This document shows, piece after piece, positions 20,761-30,860 of a stretch of 64,000 nucleotides of DNA. Position numbers and translations under genes: made by a program. The notes below the pieces were generated by a model, which worked only from the letters and a program-made list of their open reading frames with translations, did no database searches and was not told the origin of the DNA. Within the stretch, counting starts at the first letter, position 1. The number at the start of each line of letters is the position of its first letter. The DNA comes from an uncultured Verrucomicrobiae bacterium (GTDB taxonomy: Bacteria > Verrucomicrobiota > Verrucomicrobiia > Chthoniobacterales > UBA10450): assembly GCA_963756875.1 (NCBI GenBank), contig CAVWPA010000003.1:736001-800000 (forward strand). The letters are read 5' to 3'.

Positions 20761-21714
20761 ATGGTAATGCCGGAGCAGATTGATTTGCCGCTTTCTCCAT
20801 TGGAAGCGACCTACAAGACGCGTGACGTAGAGGGGATTGTCGATCTTTACTTTTATCGCAAGATCGCGTTCCGCCTGGCGCAGCTTTTCGCCAAACTGAA
20901 GATGACGCCGACGACGGTGACGCTTCTGGGCGGCGTTTTGGGCATCGCCGCCGGGCATTTGTATTTTTATCGCAATCTGCGCCTGAATGTTGTCGGGATG
21001 GTTCTACACATTTGCGCCAATGTGTTTGACAACGCCGATGGTCAGCTCGCGCGGCTGCTGAACCAAAAGAGCAGAACTGGTCGTGTAATCGATAGTCTGG
21101 TTGATCACGTAATATTCCTGAATATTTACGTCCATCTGATGCTGCGATGTTTGGTGGAAGGGGCATCTCTCACCGTCTGCCTGCTGGCCCTTGGCGCGGG
21201 AATCAGTCACGCATTGCAGGGCGCAGCCGCCGATTATTTCCGGAACGCCTATCTTTATTTTGTGAAAGGCCGATCCCGCGCGGATTGGGATTGCTCCGCC
21301 GTGTTGCGGAACGATTATCGCAGACTGAACTGGCGCACCGAGGGTTGGAACAAGTTTCTCCTTGCCACCTATCTGAATTTTACCCGACAACAGGAGCTGC
21401 TGTCGCCCAAGCTGAAACAATTGCGTGACGCGACAGTGCATGATTTTGCCGACGAGATTCCAGGTTCATTACGGGGCCATTATCGGGATATCGCTCGCCC
21501 GATGCTTCGAGGGTGGGGGTTGTTAATGACGAACACGCGCATGTTTTTTCTGTTCCTTTTCCTGGCCATCGACCGGCCCATCTGGTACTTTTGGCTCGAA
21601 GTCAGCGTTTTCAATCTTCTCCTGATTTACTTGATTTTCCGACAGGAAAAAATGGCGCGCGCCTTTCTTGAGCACCCTTATCGGGCGGCAGAAGTAACAA
21701 CAGGCGTGTCTTAA
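20761..21714 (+). CDS. CDP-alcohol phosphatidyltransferase family protein
   Basis: TPTTVT and D..DG..AR......G...D...D signature (DNADGQLARLLNQKSRTGRVIDSLVD). Confidence 0.9.
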   Translation: MVMPEQIDLPLSPLEATYKTRDVEGIVDLYFYRKIAFRLAQLFAKLKMTPTTVTLLGGVLGIAAGHLYFYRNLRLNVVGMVLHICANVFDNADGQLARLLNQKSRTGRVIDSLVDHVIFLNIYVHLMLRCLVEGASLTVCLLALGAGISHALQGAAADYFRNAYLYFVKGRSRADWDCSAVLRNDYRRLNWRTEGWNKFLLATYLNFTRQQELLSPKLKQLRDATVHDFADEIPGSLRGHYRDIARPMLRGWGLLMTNTRMFFLFLFLAIDRPIWYFWLEVSVFNLLLIYLIFRQEKMARAFLEHPYRAAEVTTGVS

Positions 21715-21718
21715 TTCC

Positions 21719-22846
21719 GTGGCGGAAATTGAAATCTCGCAAGTCAGCTCGCATCGTGACCGCGATGCCTTCATTAAGTTTCCCTGGCGCATCTACCGGA
21801 ATGATCCGGCCTGGGTCCCACCGTTAATTATTGAGCGGAAGGCGTTCCTCGACCGGACGAAGCATCCGTTTTACAAACATGGCGACGCCGCCCTGTTTCT
21901 GGCGAAGCGCAGCGGCGAAATCGTCGGTCGAATCATGGCCAGCGACGATCCGCGTTACAACGCGCTCCACGAAACGAACGTTGGCTGTTTCGGTCTCTTC
22001 GAGTGCATCGACAGTCGCGAGGTCGCGGCCGCCTTGTTCGCGGCCGCGGGTGATTGGCTGCGCGCCCGGGGACGCAGCGAGATGATGGGACCGATCGATT
22101 ACTCGACCAATTATGTTTGCGGGTTACTCATCGACGGATTTCAATATCCGCCCACGATCCTTACCTCACACAATCCGCCCTATTACGCTGGCTTGATCGA
22201 AGGCTGCGGCTTTACGAAAGCCAAAGATTGGTACGCCTGGTGGTTTTCGGAGTTTCCCGCTCCGGCGGAACGGTTGCGGAAGATTGCCGTTGCGCGGGCG
22301 GGAAAAATCGGGGTCAAGATTCGACCGATCAAGGTGAGAAAGATCGAAGACGAAGGCCAACGCATCCGGACGGTTTACAATCAGGCTTGGCAGAAGAATT
22401 GGGGGTTTGTCCCCTTTACAGAAGCTGAATCCGAACACATGGCGAAGGAAATGAAGCCGCTGATTCATCCCAAGGGAACATTGATCGCGGAGATCGGCGA
22501 TGAACCCGTCGGCTTTGTTATCGGTGTGCCGGACATCAACGTCGCATTTCGCCGTATCGATGGTCGACTGACTTGGTTTGGTTTGCCGATTGGCTTGATT
22601 AAGCTGCTTTACTACAGATTGAAAATCCGCACCGGCCGGCTCATTGCGCTTGGTGTTGTGGAAAAGTACCGCCGAGCGGGCATCGCCGAAATGCTTGTCC
22701 TTGCTTTGATGGATGCATCGTTCAAACGCGGGTTTACTGGCGAGTTAAGCATGACGCTCGAAGACAATGTCATGGTCAATCGCTTCATCGAAGCAATGGG
22801 CGCGTCGCGATACAAAACGTATCGAATCTACAGCCGCGCTCTGTGA
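21719..22846 (+). CDS. GNAT N-acyltransferase, bacterial ceramide synthase (bCerS/YghO)-like
   Basis: FIKFPW.IY..DP.WVPPL, G.FG.FEC, GP..YS.N...G.L.DGF, HNPPYY, NWGFVP, LGV...YR..GI, LEDN motifs. Confidence 0.75.
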   Translation: MAEIEISQVSSHRDRDAFIKFPWRIYRNDPAWVPPLIIERKAFLDRTKHPFYKHGDAALFLAKRSGEIVGRIMASDDPRYNALHETNVGCFGLFECIDSREVAAALFAAAGDWLRARGRSEMMGPIDYSTNYVCGLLIDGFQYPPTILTSHNPPYYAGLIEGCGFTKAKDWYAWWFSEFPAPAERLRKIAVARAGKIGVKIRPIKVRKIEDEGQRIRTVYNQAWQKNWGFVPFTEAESEHMAKEMKPLIHPKGTLIAEIGDEPVGFVIGVPDINVAFRRIDGRLTWFGLPIGLIKLLYYRLKIRTGRLIALGVVEKYRRAGIAEMLVLALMDASFKRGFTGELSMTLEDNVMVNRFIEAMGASRYKTYRIYSRAL

Positions 22847-24060
22847 TCAGAGAAACTTCTGCGTTTGTTATCCTGGCTGATGAATCGGCCGACTGGAAAA
22901 TTGCAGGCCTGCGCCAACTGGAACGGCTGGTTCTTGCCATTAATGAATTGCGCGACTCCAGCTCGACGGAAGCGCAGCTCGACATTGTTGTCTTTTGGAA
23001 ACCAGAGATTCCGTCTTCAAAGCGCTGGTTGCCGCGAAGCACGGCGGGTATTCGCCTTTTTGACAATAACAAGCGACAGCCTGATTTCGGTGCGCGTATT
23101 TTATCGACGCGATTGCTAGTTGGCCGCGCTGCTCTCCCGGAGTTCATCGCCAATGTGCCCTGTGTTGGAGCCGTAGCGCCAACCATGGATGAATGCCGGC
23201 TTTGGAAGGAGTCCTGGCATGACTTCGAAGTCGCTTGTCAGCGAGCTCTGACCGGGAAGAAGGTTTCACCAGCCTGGCAATACCTCAATGCTTCGGACGA
23301 AATTCCACGGTCGGAGAAAGCATTTCTCCGTCGAGTTGGAAAACCGCAGGATGGAATTGTCTCGCGTTTCATTAATCGACCGATCTCCCGAACGATCACG
23401 CGCGTTTTACTTCGTTCCCAAATAACTCCGGCTGCGTGGACAATATCGATGCTGGTCGTGCCGGTTGCTGCCTTCTTCGTGCTGCGTCGCGGAGATTACT
23501 TCGCTTTCGTAATCGGTCTCGCCATTTTTCAGTTATACAGCGTTCTGGACGGTTGCGATGGCGAAATTGCGCGGGCCAAGTATTTGGAATCGGAGAAAGG
23601 CGGAAGACTCGATACCTGGACGGATATTTTTGGTGGATTCATTTTCATCTTTGGCCTTGGATATGGCCTGTATCGGAAGCATTCCGGCGCCGCGAACGCC
23701 TGGCATTATGTCACACAAGCGATTGCCTGCGTGCTGCTTATCGGAATCAATGAGTGGCGGTTGCGGGGCCGGAGGAGCGAACGAAATGCTCCGCCGGATG
23801 ATTTGATTCCGACTTTATATCCGCGACATAAGGAGCTGATTCATCATTCGGGAATTCTGTTGCTGGGCGAGAGACTTGTGTGGTGGTTGGTTCAGTTTAC
23901 GAAGAGAGACATCTCCATTTTTGTCTTTTTTCTTCTGGCGATCGTTTCCCGTCCGGAATGGATCCTTCCGCTATGGATCGCCGTGACCGCCGTAGTATTG
24001 GTGCTGGCCGAGATCGCGCGGTGGAAACGTGCGCATTCGTCATTGGGTGGACCCCGATGA
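22843..24060 (+). CDS. CDP-alcohol phosphotransferase, DIPPS-like, with a degenerate N-terminal domain
   Basis: DGIVSRFINRPIS (DIPPS-like) and DGCDGEIARAKYLESEKGGRLDTWTD signature. Confidence 0.85.
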   Translation: MIRETSAFVILADESADWKIAGLRQLERLVLAINELRDSSSTEAQLDIVVFWKPEIPSSKRWLPRSTAGIRLFDNNKRQPDFGARILSTRLLVGRAALPEFIANVPCVGAVAPTMDECRLWKESWHDFEVACQRALTGKKVSPAWQYLNASDEIPRSEKAFLRRVGKPQDGIVSRFINRPISRTITRVLLRSQITPAAWTISMLVVPVAAFFVLRRGDYFAFVIGLAIFQLYSVLDGCDGEIARAKYLESEKGGRLDTWTDIFGGFIFIFGLGYGLYRKHSGAANAWHYVTQAIACVLLIGINEWRLRGRRSERNAPPDDLIPTLYPRHKELIHHSGILLLGERLVWWLVQFTKRDISIFVFFLLAIVSRPEWILPLWIAVTAVVLVLAEIARWKRAHSSLGGPR

Positions 24061-24123
24061 GTAGATTCGGCGTTGGACGGGGGCAGCGTGGCTTGCTACT
24101 ATTCTGACCTTCGTTGTTAGCCT

Positions 24124-25074
24124 ATGGAGTCCACCTTGGCTCAAGATATTGCGCCCGTCTCCCGGCCGATTGGGCCCGGTCTGTCTTTCCGTCTCCGCTA
24201 CAGTCCTTTTTTAGCACAGATGGTGGTGATCCGGCGTTGCAATCTCTCCTGTGGATATTGCTCTGAGTACGACAAATCGAGCGATCCGGTGCCGATCGGA
24301 TTGCTGGAAACCCGGCTGCGCAAGTTGAAGGAACTCGGCACATTCGGCATTTCACTCACTGGTGGCGAACCGACACTGCACCCGGAACTGCCTCGTCTCA
24401 TTCGCATGTGCCGGACCCTGCGTTTCTTTCGCACCGGTATGATTTCAAACGGTTTCTTTTTGCGCCCGGAAATGATTGAAACGCTGAACCAGGCCGGGCT
24501 CCAGGAAATGCAGATTTCGATTGATGGTGTGCATGGCAATGACACAACGCAGAAAGTTCTGAACAACCTCAAGAAACGCCTTCGCTGGCTGCGGGAGCAT
24601 GCCCGTTTTCAAGTTTTCGTTAGCGCGGTCATCGGCGCGTGCCCGCCGGAAGAAGCGGAGGAGGTCGTCTCGTTTGCGACCGAGATGGGCTTCGCCTGGC
24701 GTGTTCTTCTTGTGCATGACGAACATGGTCAGCTCAAACTGAAGAGTGACGAGGTGAAAGCCTTCCGGAGCATCGTGAAAAAACTTCCGAAAAGTTTGAG
24801 GGAGCTTTCCGACTATCGTGAGCGCCTGATCCGTGACGGCACGGCGCCATACAAGTGTCGGGCCGGGAGCCGATATCTTTACATCGATGAATTCGGTAAC
24901 GTGAATTGGTGCTCACAAACCCGTCGCGTTTGGTCCAAGCCCTTGATGGATTATGGGCTGAACGATCTGCGGGAACAGTTCTATCGCTACAAATCCTGTC
25001 ACGCGACCTGCACTCTGGGATGCGTGCGGTCTGCCAGCCAATTGGACAACTGGCGCAAACAATCCGCCGCCTAG
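24124..25074 (+). CDS. Radical SAM protein with a C-terminal Cys-rich (Twitch/SPASM-like) region
   Basis: CNLSCGYC, LTGGEPTLH, ISNG, ISIDG, CRAG...G.V.WC and C...C...C. Confidence 0.9.
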   Translation: MESTLAQDIAPVSRPIGPGLSFRLRYSPFLAQMVVIRRCNLSCGYCSEYDKSSDPVPIGLLETRLRKLKELGTFGISLTGGEPTLHPELPRLIRMCRTLRFFRTGMISNGFFLRPEMIETLNQAGLQEMQISIDGVHGNDTTQKVLNNLKKRLRWLREHARFQVFVSAVIGACPPEEAEEVVSFATEMGFAWRVLLVHDEHGQLKLKSDEVKAFRSIVKKLPKSLRELSDYRERLIRDGTAPYKCRAGSRYLYIDEFGNVNWCSQTRRVWSKPLMDYGLNDLREQFYRYKSCHATCTLGCVRSASQLDNWRKQSAA

Positions 25075-25087
25075 CCGAAAATATTTC

Positions 25088-25867
25088 TTATCGCCGTTCG
25101 GGCAGCGCCTGGGCCCGCGTCTGCAACACCCTGGCCGCTTGCTGGAGCATCTGCGGAGTGTCGACGTCCTGCCACCAAGCATCGCCGATATCCGTGGCGC
25201 GGACCTTTCCGTCGGCAGCCATCAAGCGGACACCGTCAGCCAGGCTGCAATCTCCATTGCTCTTGGCGCGTGCGAGATAATCGAAGATCTGGGCGGGGCA
25301 GACGAACAACCCGGTGTCGATTCCATCGTAATGTCGTAGTTCTTTTCCAATAGCGACAATGCGTTCGCCGCGGGTCTGGACTTTCATCGCATCCGCCAGA
25401 TCGAAAATAGAATCGATTTTTCGGTCGACTGCCAGATTGAGCTGGTCGAGATCGGGACTTTTCAGGAGAAGGTCGATGACGGTCTGGTCAAACAAATGGT
25501 CGCTCATGGTCAAAAGAAACGGAGGTTTGACGTGATGAGCGGCGGCAAGAACCGAGATGCCATTCTGTTTTTGCCACTCGCTATTCTTGATAAAACGCAC
25601 TTCCAGTGCGGGCGGTGCCAATCGACTTACCGCAGCGCTCAAACGTTCGGCCTCAAATCCTACCACGGCATTGATTCTCTTGATTCCGGCCCGGGCCAGG
25701 GCGTCGATCGTGTAGGAAATGAGCGGTCGGCCAAGCAGTGGAACCAACGGCTTCGGGAAGGTCGGATCCGCGCCGCGCAACCGGGAACCGGATCCAGCCA
25801 TCAAAATCACTGCCTCAGTAACCAGCCTCCGTTCGAGCGAAGCGGCCGATCCTGGAAGGCTTGTCAT
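25088..25867 (-). CDS. NTP transferase, inositol-1-phosphate cytidylyltransferase (IPCT)/LicC-like
   Basis: AVILMAG.GSRL, PKPL, MSDH, IDTGLF, WQDVDTP. The ATG overlaps the SDR stop codon. Confidence 0.8.
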   Translation of the reverse strand: MTSLPGSAASLERRLVTEAVILMAGSGSRLRGADPTFPKPLVPLLGRPLISYTIDALARAGIKRINAVVGFEAERLSAAVSRLAPPALEVRFIKNSEWQKQNGISVLAAAHHVKPPFLLTMSDHLFDQTVIDLLLKSPDLDQLNLAVDRKIDSIFDLADAMKVQTRGERIVAIGKELRHYDGIDTGLFVCPAQIFDYLARAKSNGDCSLADGVRLMAADGKVRATDIGDAWWQDVDTPQMLQQAARVLQTRAQALPERR

Positions 25868-26667
25868 ATTCCGTAATACCGCTTCAGGCCCCAAAGGCGA
25901 ACGCGCTGGGGAAGAAATCGAAAGATGAGCGGCGCAATTTTGGATTGAAACGTGTCGCCTACGGTGATGCGCGGGGGTGGATTTGCTGCGTCGATCAACT
26001 TCAGAACATTCTTTGCGACCAGTTCCGGTTCCGGGGCCGCCTTCATGTTGCGATCTACGACGGTCCAGGTCCTAACCACTTTCGCTTCATAGCGCGGATT
26101 GGATTGCGCACTCTTGCTGACTGCATCGTTGAAGGCGGTGCAAATATCGCCGGGCTGGAGATCGACAATGCGCACTCTCGAATCGCCCAGTTCGAGCTGC
26201 ATAGACATGGTGAAGGCTGCCATCGCTGCCTTGGCGGCGTTGTAGGCCGCCATGAATGGAACGGGCAAACGCGAAGCCAGAGACGTCACGTTGACGATGA
26301 GGCCTTCCCCTCGCGCTTGCATCGCGTTGAGGGCCAGACGCATCAACTGCAGGTGTCCGAACACGAGCACCTGAAATTCGCGCGCCGTTTCCTTCGCAGA
26401 AAGATCTTCCGCCGGCCCGAAGTGACCGCTGCCGGCATTGTTGATAACAACATCAAAATGACCGGCTTCCGAAAGCGCGGTTGTAAACGCCTCGTCGATT
26501 GAATGGGAGTCGGACAGATCGAGCCGTACCGCGTGCAAGCGTGGCAGTTGCGGGACGCGACCAGGTTCTCGCGAGGTCCCCCAGATCTCATCTCCACGGT
26601 TGACAAGCGCTTGGGCAATGGCCAGGCCGATTCCGGAACTGGCGCCTGTGAGAAAAATGGGTTTCAT
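25864..26667 (-). CDS. Classical short-chain dehydrogenase/reductase (candidate 3-oxo-sphingoid/oxidised-ceramide reductase)
   Basis: TGASSGIG, NNAG, S...YNAAK catalytic motif. Substrate inferred from context only. Confidence 0.85.
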   Translation of the reverse strand: MKPIFLTGASSGIGLAIAQALVNRGDEIWGTSREPGRVPQLPRLHAVRLDLSDSHSIDEAFTTALSEAGHFDVVINNAGSGHFGPAEDLSAKETAREFQVLVFGHLQLMRLALNAMQARGEGLIVNVTSLASRLPVPFMAAYNAAKAAMAAFTMSMQLELGDSRVRIVDLQPGDICTAFNDAVSKSAQSNPRYEAKVVRTWTVVDRNMKAAPEPELVAKNVLKLIDAANPPPRITVGDTFQSKIAPLIFRFLPQRVRLWGLKRYYGI

Positions 26668-28190
26668 GAATGACGTTGGATTAAAAACAGCTGCAGAAAA
26701 TGGTGCTTGCTGTGGACGATTACCGAGCGGTCAAATTCGGCCAATGGTACCCGCTGCCAGCCTGCGGGTAACGGCAGATGCGCATCATCGGTATAAACGG
26801 CGACTGAGTTTTCAAGAGCTTGCGGCAAATCGCCCGGAGGCGGCACATCGCGAAACGTTTTGAATTCGGGTGCATACCACTCGGCATGTGGTACGGCATG
26901 GAGAAAGAGCAGCGCCACATTTTTGCGTTGTGAGGGTGGATAGAGCTGCATGAGATAGTGGACCATCCGTGCCGATGGCGGTTGTTCGCGATGGTTTTGG
27001 ATTACGTTTGGGATTGCGATATAAAGGAGCAAAATGGGAAGGGCCAGCGCCGTCCAATTCCACGGGGTGCGCATTTGCAGAAAGCCTCGCAGTATCGCCA
27101 CTAAAAGGAGAGGAAAAATAAGTATGTAGTACCGAGCAGTGCCACCGAGACAGACAAAAATGATCGCAATGTAGATCAGCGCCCACGGCGCGTGAAATTT
27201 CCAGAAAAGCCGGTCTTGCAGATCCCGGGGCCCGAGGATGTAGGCAGCGAATCCCCCGACGATCATCGCGATTCCAATTGCCAGTGTGACCGGCGATTGC
27301 AGAAATCCGAAACCGAGTCCGAACCAGCCGAGAAGGAAGTGTTCGGCGAAACGCGTCGCCAAATAATGAGCGCTCCAATTTCCCGCCCCGATGAAGGTAT
27401 GCGGCTTGTCCAGGCGCCACTGCCATTGGCCGTAGACAAGTTTTGGATAAACAAGCCACGCGGGAACATCAGGTCGCAAACGCGCCTGCAAATACCACAT
27501 CGGCAACAGCCACACTAGGCAGCTCGCGATCAAAACGCCCACGGCCAGGATAGATATCTTCCAGCGAGCATGTCCCATCTTTAACGCCGCGATGAGAATG
27601 ACGATGACAATCAGAATCAATTGAGGTCGCGCGCCGCTAGCAGCGGCTCCGCATAAGGACGCGCCCAACAAAGCGGCCACACTCCGGCGCTGCCAAAAAC
27701 AAATTGCCGCGAAAATCTCCAAACTCAGGAATCCTGCCGCGAGACTATCTGTCATAATTTTCGTCGCCGTCAGCCAAACGGCAGGCATAACCGAGAGGCA
27801 CGCAGCTATCCACCACGCCAAGCGCTCGTTGAGCTGAGATCGGATGATAAGAAACCATGCCGCAATGAAAAGTGCGCCGCCCACACACGACACGAGATGC
27901 AAAGAAGTTTGAGGACTGAGTCCCAAGCCCCTGGTGCCAATCCAGCCGAAGAAAATAAAAAGCGGATACCCCGGTGGATGCGGTTGATTGTTCCAGAGAT
28001 TAAATGCGCGAACACCCATGGCGAAGTTTACGGAATCGAATTCGTCAAGGCCGGCAGAACGTGTCAGCAGGTAAACTACGAACATCACCACAAAGATGGC
28101 GGCGGCTTTGACCGCCGTTTCGTAATCAACCCGGTTTGCGGCAAGCGCGCCGTTCCCTGCTTGAGATTTGTGAAGAATTCGCTGGCCCAT
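26664..28190 (-). CDS. Polytopic GT-C-like membrane glycosyltransferase (DUF2723/PMT-like)
   Basis: Acidic DEFDS motif after TM1, HPPGYPL motif, many TM helices. Confidence 0.6.
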   Translation of the reverse strand: MGQRILHKSQAGNGALAANRVDYETAVKAAAIFVVMFVVYLLTRSAGLDEFDSVNFAMGVRAFNLWNNQPHPPGYPLFIFFGWIGTRGLGLSPQTSLHLVSCVGGALFIAAWFLIIRSQLNERLAWWIAACLSVMPAVWLTATKIMTDSLAAGFLSLEIFAAICFWQRRSVAALLGASLCGAAASGARPQLILIVIVILIAALKMGHARWKISILAVGVLIASCLVWLLPMWYLQARLRPDVPAWLVYPKLVYGQWQWRLDKPHTFIGAGNWSAHYLATRFAEHFLLGWFGLGFGFLQSPVTLAIGIAMIVGGFAAYILGPRDLQDRLFWKFHAPWALIYIAIIFVCLGGTARYYILIFPLLLVAILRGFLQMRTPWNWTALALPILLLYIAIPNVIQNHREQPPSARMVHYLMQLYPPSQRKNVALLFLHAVPHAEWYAPEFKTFRDVPPPGDLPQALENSVAVYTDDAHLPLPAGWQRVPLAEFDRSVIVHSKHHFLQLFLIQRHS

Positions 28191-28280
28191 CTTCCCACCG
28201 AATCTTCTCGATGCGAGCCGATTCGACAAGGTGGAATGATGTAGCGGCAGCCATAGCGGAATGCGCTATAATCAACGTCC

Positions 28281-29654
28281 TTGATTGCGAGTTTACGCCG
28301 CTGGGCCAGTCTTACTCTTAGCCGTGGTTCGCCCCGAGATGGTCGCGAGCGGCGGTCGCGCGGTGTTTTTCGGGTAATGCGTCCGCTTTGGTCGGCCGGC
28401 TTCTGGCGATTCTTGTCACCATCGTCTCGGTCCCGCTCACGGTTGGATATCTGGGGAGTGAACGCTACGGCGCATGGGTGACGATTGTAAGCGTTCTCAC
28501 ATTTCTGAGTATTACCGATGCGGGTCTGGCTGCCAGTCTTACAAACGCGCTGGCCAAGGCTCAAGCCGAAGACGCGCGCGATGTCGGCCAGCGTTACGTT
28601 TCGTCCGCTTTCTTTACATTGTCGTTAATTGCGGTGGTCATTCTCATTTTCGGCAATGCACTCGCGCCGCAGATTTCGGCATTTTTGTTTCCAAGTCTGC
28701 AATCCCCAGCCGCGCGCCCTGAAATCGTTACCGCAGTAAGGGCCGCGCTGTCGATCTTCGCGCTGAATCTTCCGTTTCTGGTCAATGCTCGTGTGCTGGC
28801 CGCGCATCAAGAAAGCGCACTGGCCAACCTTTGGAACGTAGCAGGAACCGTCGGCAATCTCGGCGCTATCTCGCTGTTATCTGGTTTCGAGGCAGCCTTC
28901 CATGGCTTATCTTGGGCTGCTTCGGCTTCGGATTGCTGACGAACATCATTTGCGCCATCTGGTTGTTCGGGTTTCACAAGCCGTGGCTGCGGCCGGGGGC
29001 TGCCGGCGTCGCGCCGGCCTTTATCAAATCCCTTCTTTCCGATGGTTGGAAATTTTTCGTAATCGGCATCGGCTGGATGATCAACTGGCAAACGGACAAC
29101 GTGGTCATCGCGCACTTTCTGGACGTGGCGCAGGTGACCCCATATGCTGTCACGTTCAGCCTCTTTGCGCTGGCAACCGGGTTGCAAGCGCTTGCCTATC
29201 AATCGCTTTGGCCGGCTTACACCGAGGCATTCGCGCAACGCGACTACGCTTGGATCCGCCAGACCTTGCGCTCGAATTTCAAATTCAGCTTCATTACCAC
29301 GATTGCAATTCTCGGCACGCTTACGATTTTTGGCAGCGACATCATCCGGCTCTGGGCGGGCCCGATCGCAGTGCCACCATTTTCAGTGATTGTCTGGATG
29401 GCCGTCTGGCGGCTGATGTTATCGACGCTCATGGTCGGGGTTGCCTTCTCAATGCGACCGGACATCTGAAAGGCATGACGATTTACGGCAGTGTCACCGC
29501 AGTCTTAAACCTCATCTTATCGATCTTACTGGCCAAGAGGTACGGCATTACTGGTGTCATCGCCGGGACAGCCATCGCCTACGCCGTCGCCAGCTACATC
29601 CCAACGTTTTTGGAAGTGAGAAGCGTGCTGCGAAAGTGTTGTCCCTCTGAATGA
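28281..29654 (+). CDS. Wzx/MATE-like polysaccharide flippase, broken by about 3 single-base frameshifts (~28370, ~28870, ~29437)
   Basis: VPLTVGYLGSERYGAW, TDNVVIAHFL...VTPY, NLILSILL...YGITGV pieces in successive frames. Confidence 0.75.
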
Positions 29655-30860
29655 ATGTCATTATTGACGTTACCAGCTCGTGCCGGTCTGTCCAAAGCAC
29701 CGGCGTTCAGAGGATGACGCGCAAAATTTTCGCGGAGCTTTCGCAACGTCTGCCGGTTACACCGATTTGCTGGAGCGAGATCGGCAGATTTTATCAAAGG
29801 CTCGGCCCCGTCGAGCACAAGCTATTGACCCGTCCTTTTGATGTACGTTCGCGACCGACGACGCGCCCGGAGATTCGCGGTCAAAAATCCGATTGCGGAA
29901 CTCCGGAGGCTCATGTTTCTGCGTCGATTCGATCTGGCGAATTCGCTTACAGAAAACGATGTTTTTATCCTGCCGGATGGTCACCACGATTTGCGGGGTA
30001 GATATCTGCCGCACCTTATCAAAAGAGGGCGAGGCCGATCGTTGGCAATTTTCCACGATGCTGCCAGGTTGCGTCTTGCTTCTCTTTACCGGATTCGCAG
30101 TCGACGTTACCTGGAATACGTCAAATCTCTTTCTGCGTTTGATCTTGTAATCTGCGTTTCCCAGGAGGCACACGATGACCTGCAGGATTTCTGGAGGCAT
30201 CTCGGCTGCAAGGCAACATCGACATGCGTTGAACCTTGGCCCGCTCAGTTGGAAAATGGCGCGTCCGGGGAGAGCCACGATGCCGCAACCAATCTTGTTA
30301 TTTGTGTCAGCTCCCTGGATCCGCGGAAAAATCATTTAGCGCTTCTGGCTGCGGCGGAAAGATTGTGGAGGGAAGGACTCAACTTCGAGCTGCACATAAT
30401 CGGCAGAGGCACGAAATTCCTGGGACTAGGAGTGGTATCGAAAATACGGAAGCTGCGGAGAGACAGCCGGCCGATTCAATGGTTGCGGCATGTCGATGAC
30501 AAGACATTGCAGCGCGAGTATAACCGCTGCCGATTCACCGTTTATCCGTCGTTAATGGAAGGTTACGGCCTGCCCATCGTGGAAAGTTTGTTACATGGGA
30601 AGCCTTGCGTTTGCGGCGACAACGGCGCTCTTGGAGAAGTCGCCCACGGCGGCGGATGTCTGATCGTCGATCAAACGAGCGTGGAGTCGCTAGCCGGCGG
30701 AATCAAAAAATTGCTGCAAGATCGAGAATTGTATATGCAGCTGTGCGCTGAATCGCGTGCGCGAAAGTTCCGTTCCTGGTCAGATTATGTCGATCGTTTC
30801 CTGCGCTATTTGCAAACGACCTCTCCCGCGCCTGCCATTCCTGGCGTTCCGTCACACTGA
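29651..30860 (+). CDS. GT4 glycosyltransferase (one frameshift at the A-run near 29885)
   Basis: [26 protein letters not shown] motifs. Confidence 0.85.
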
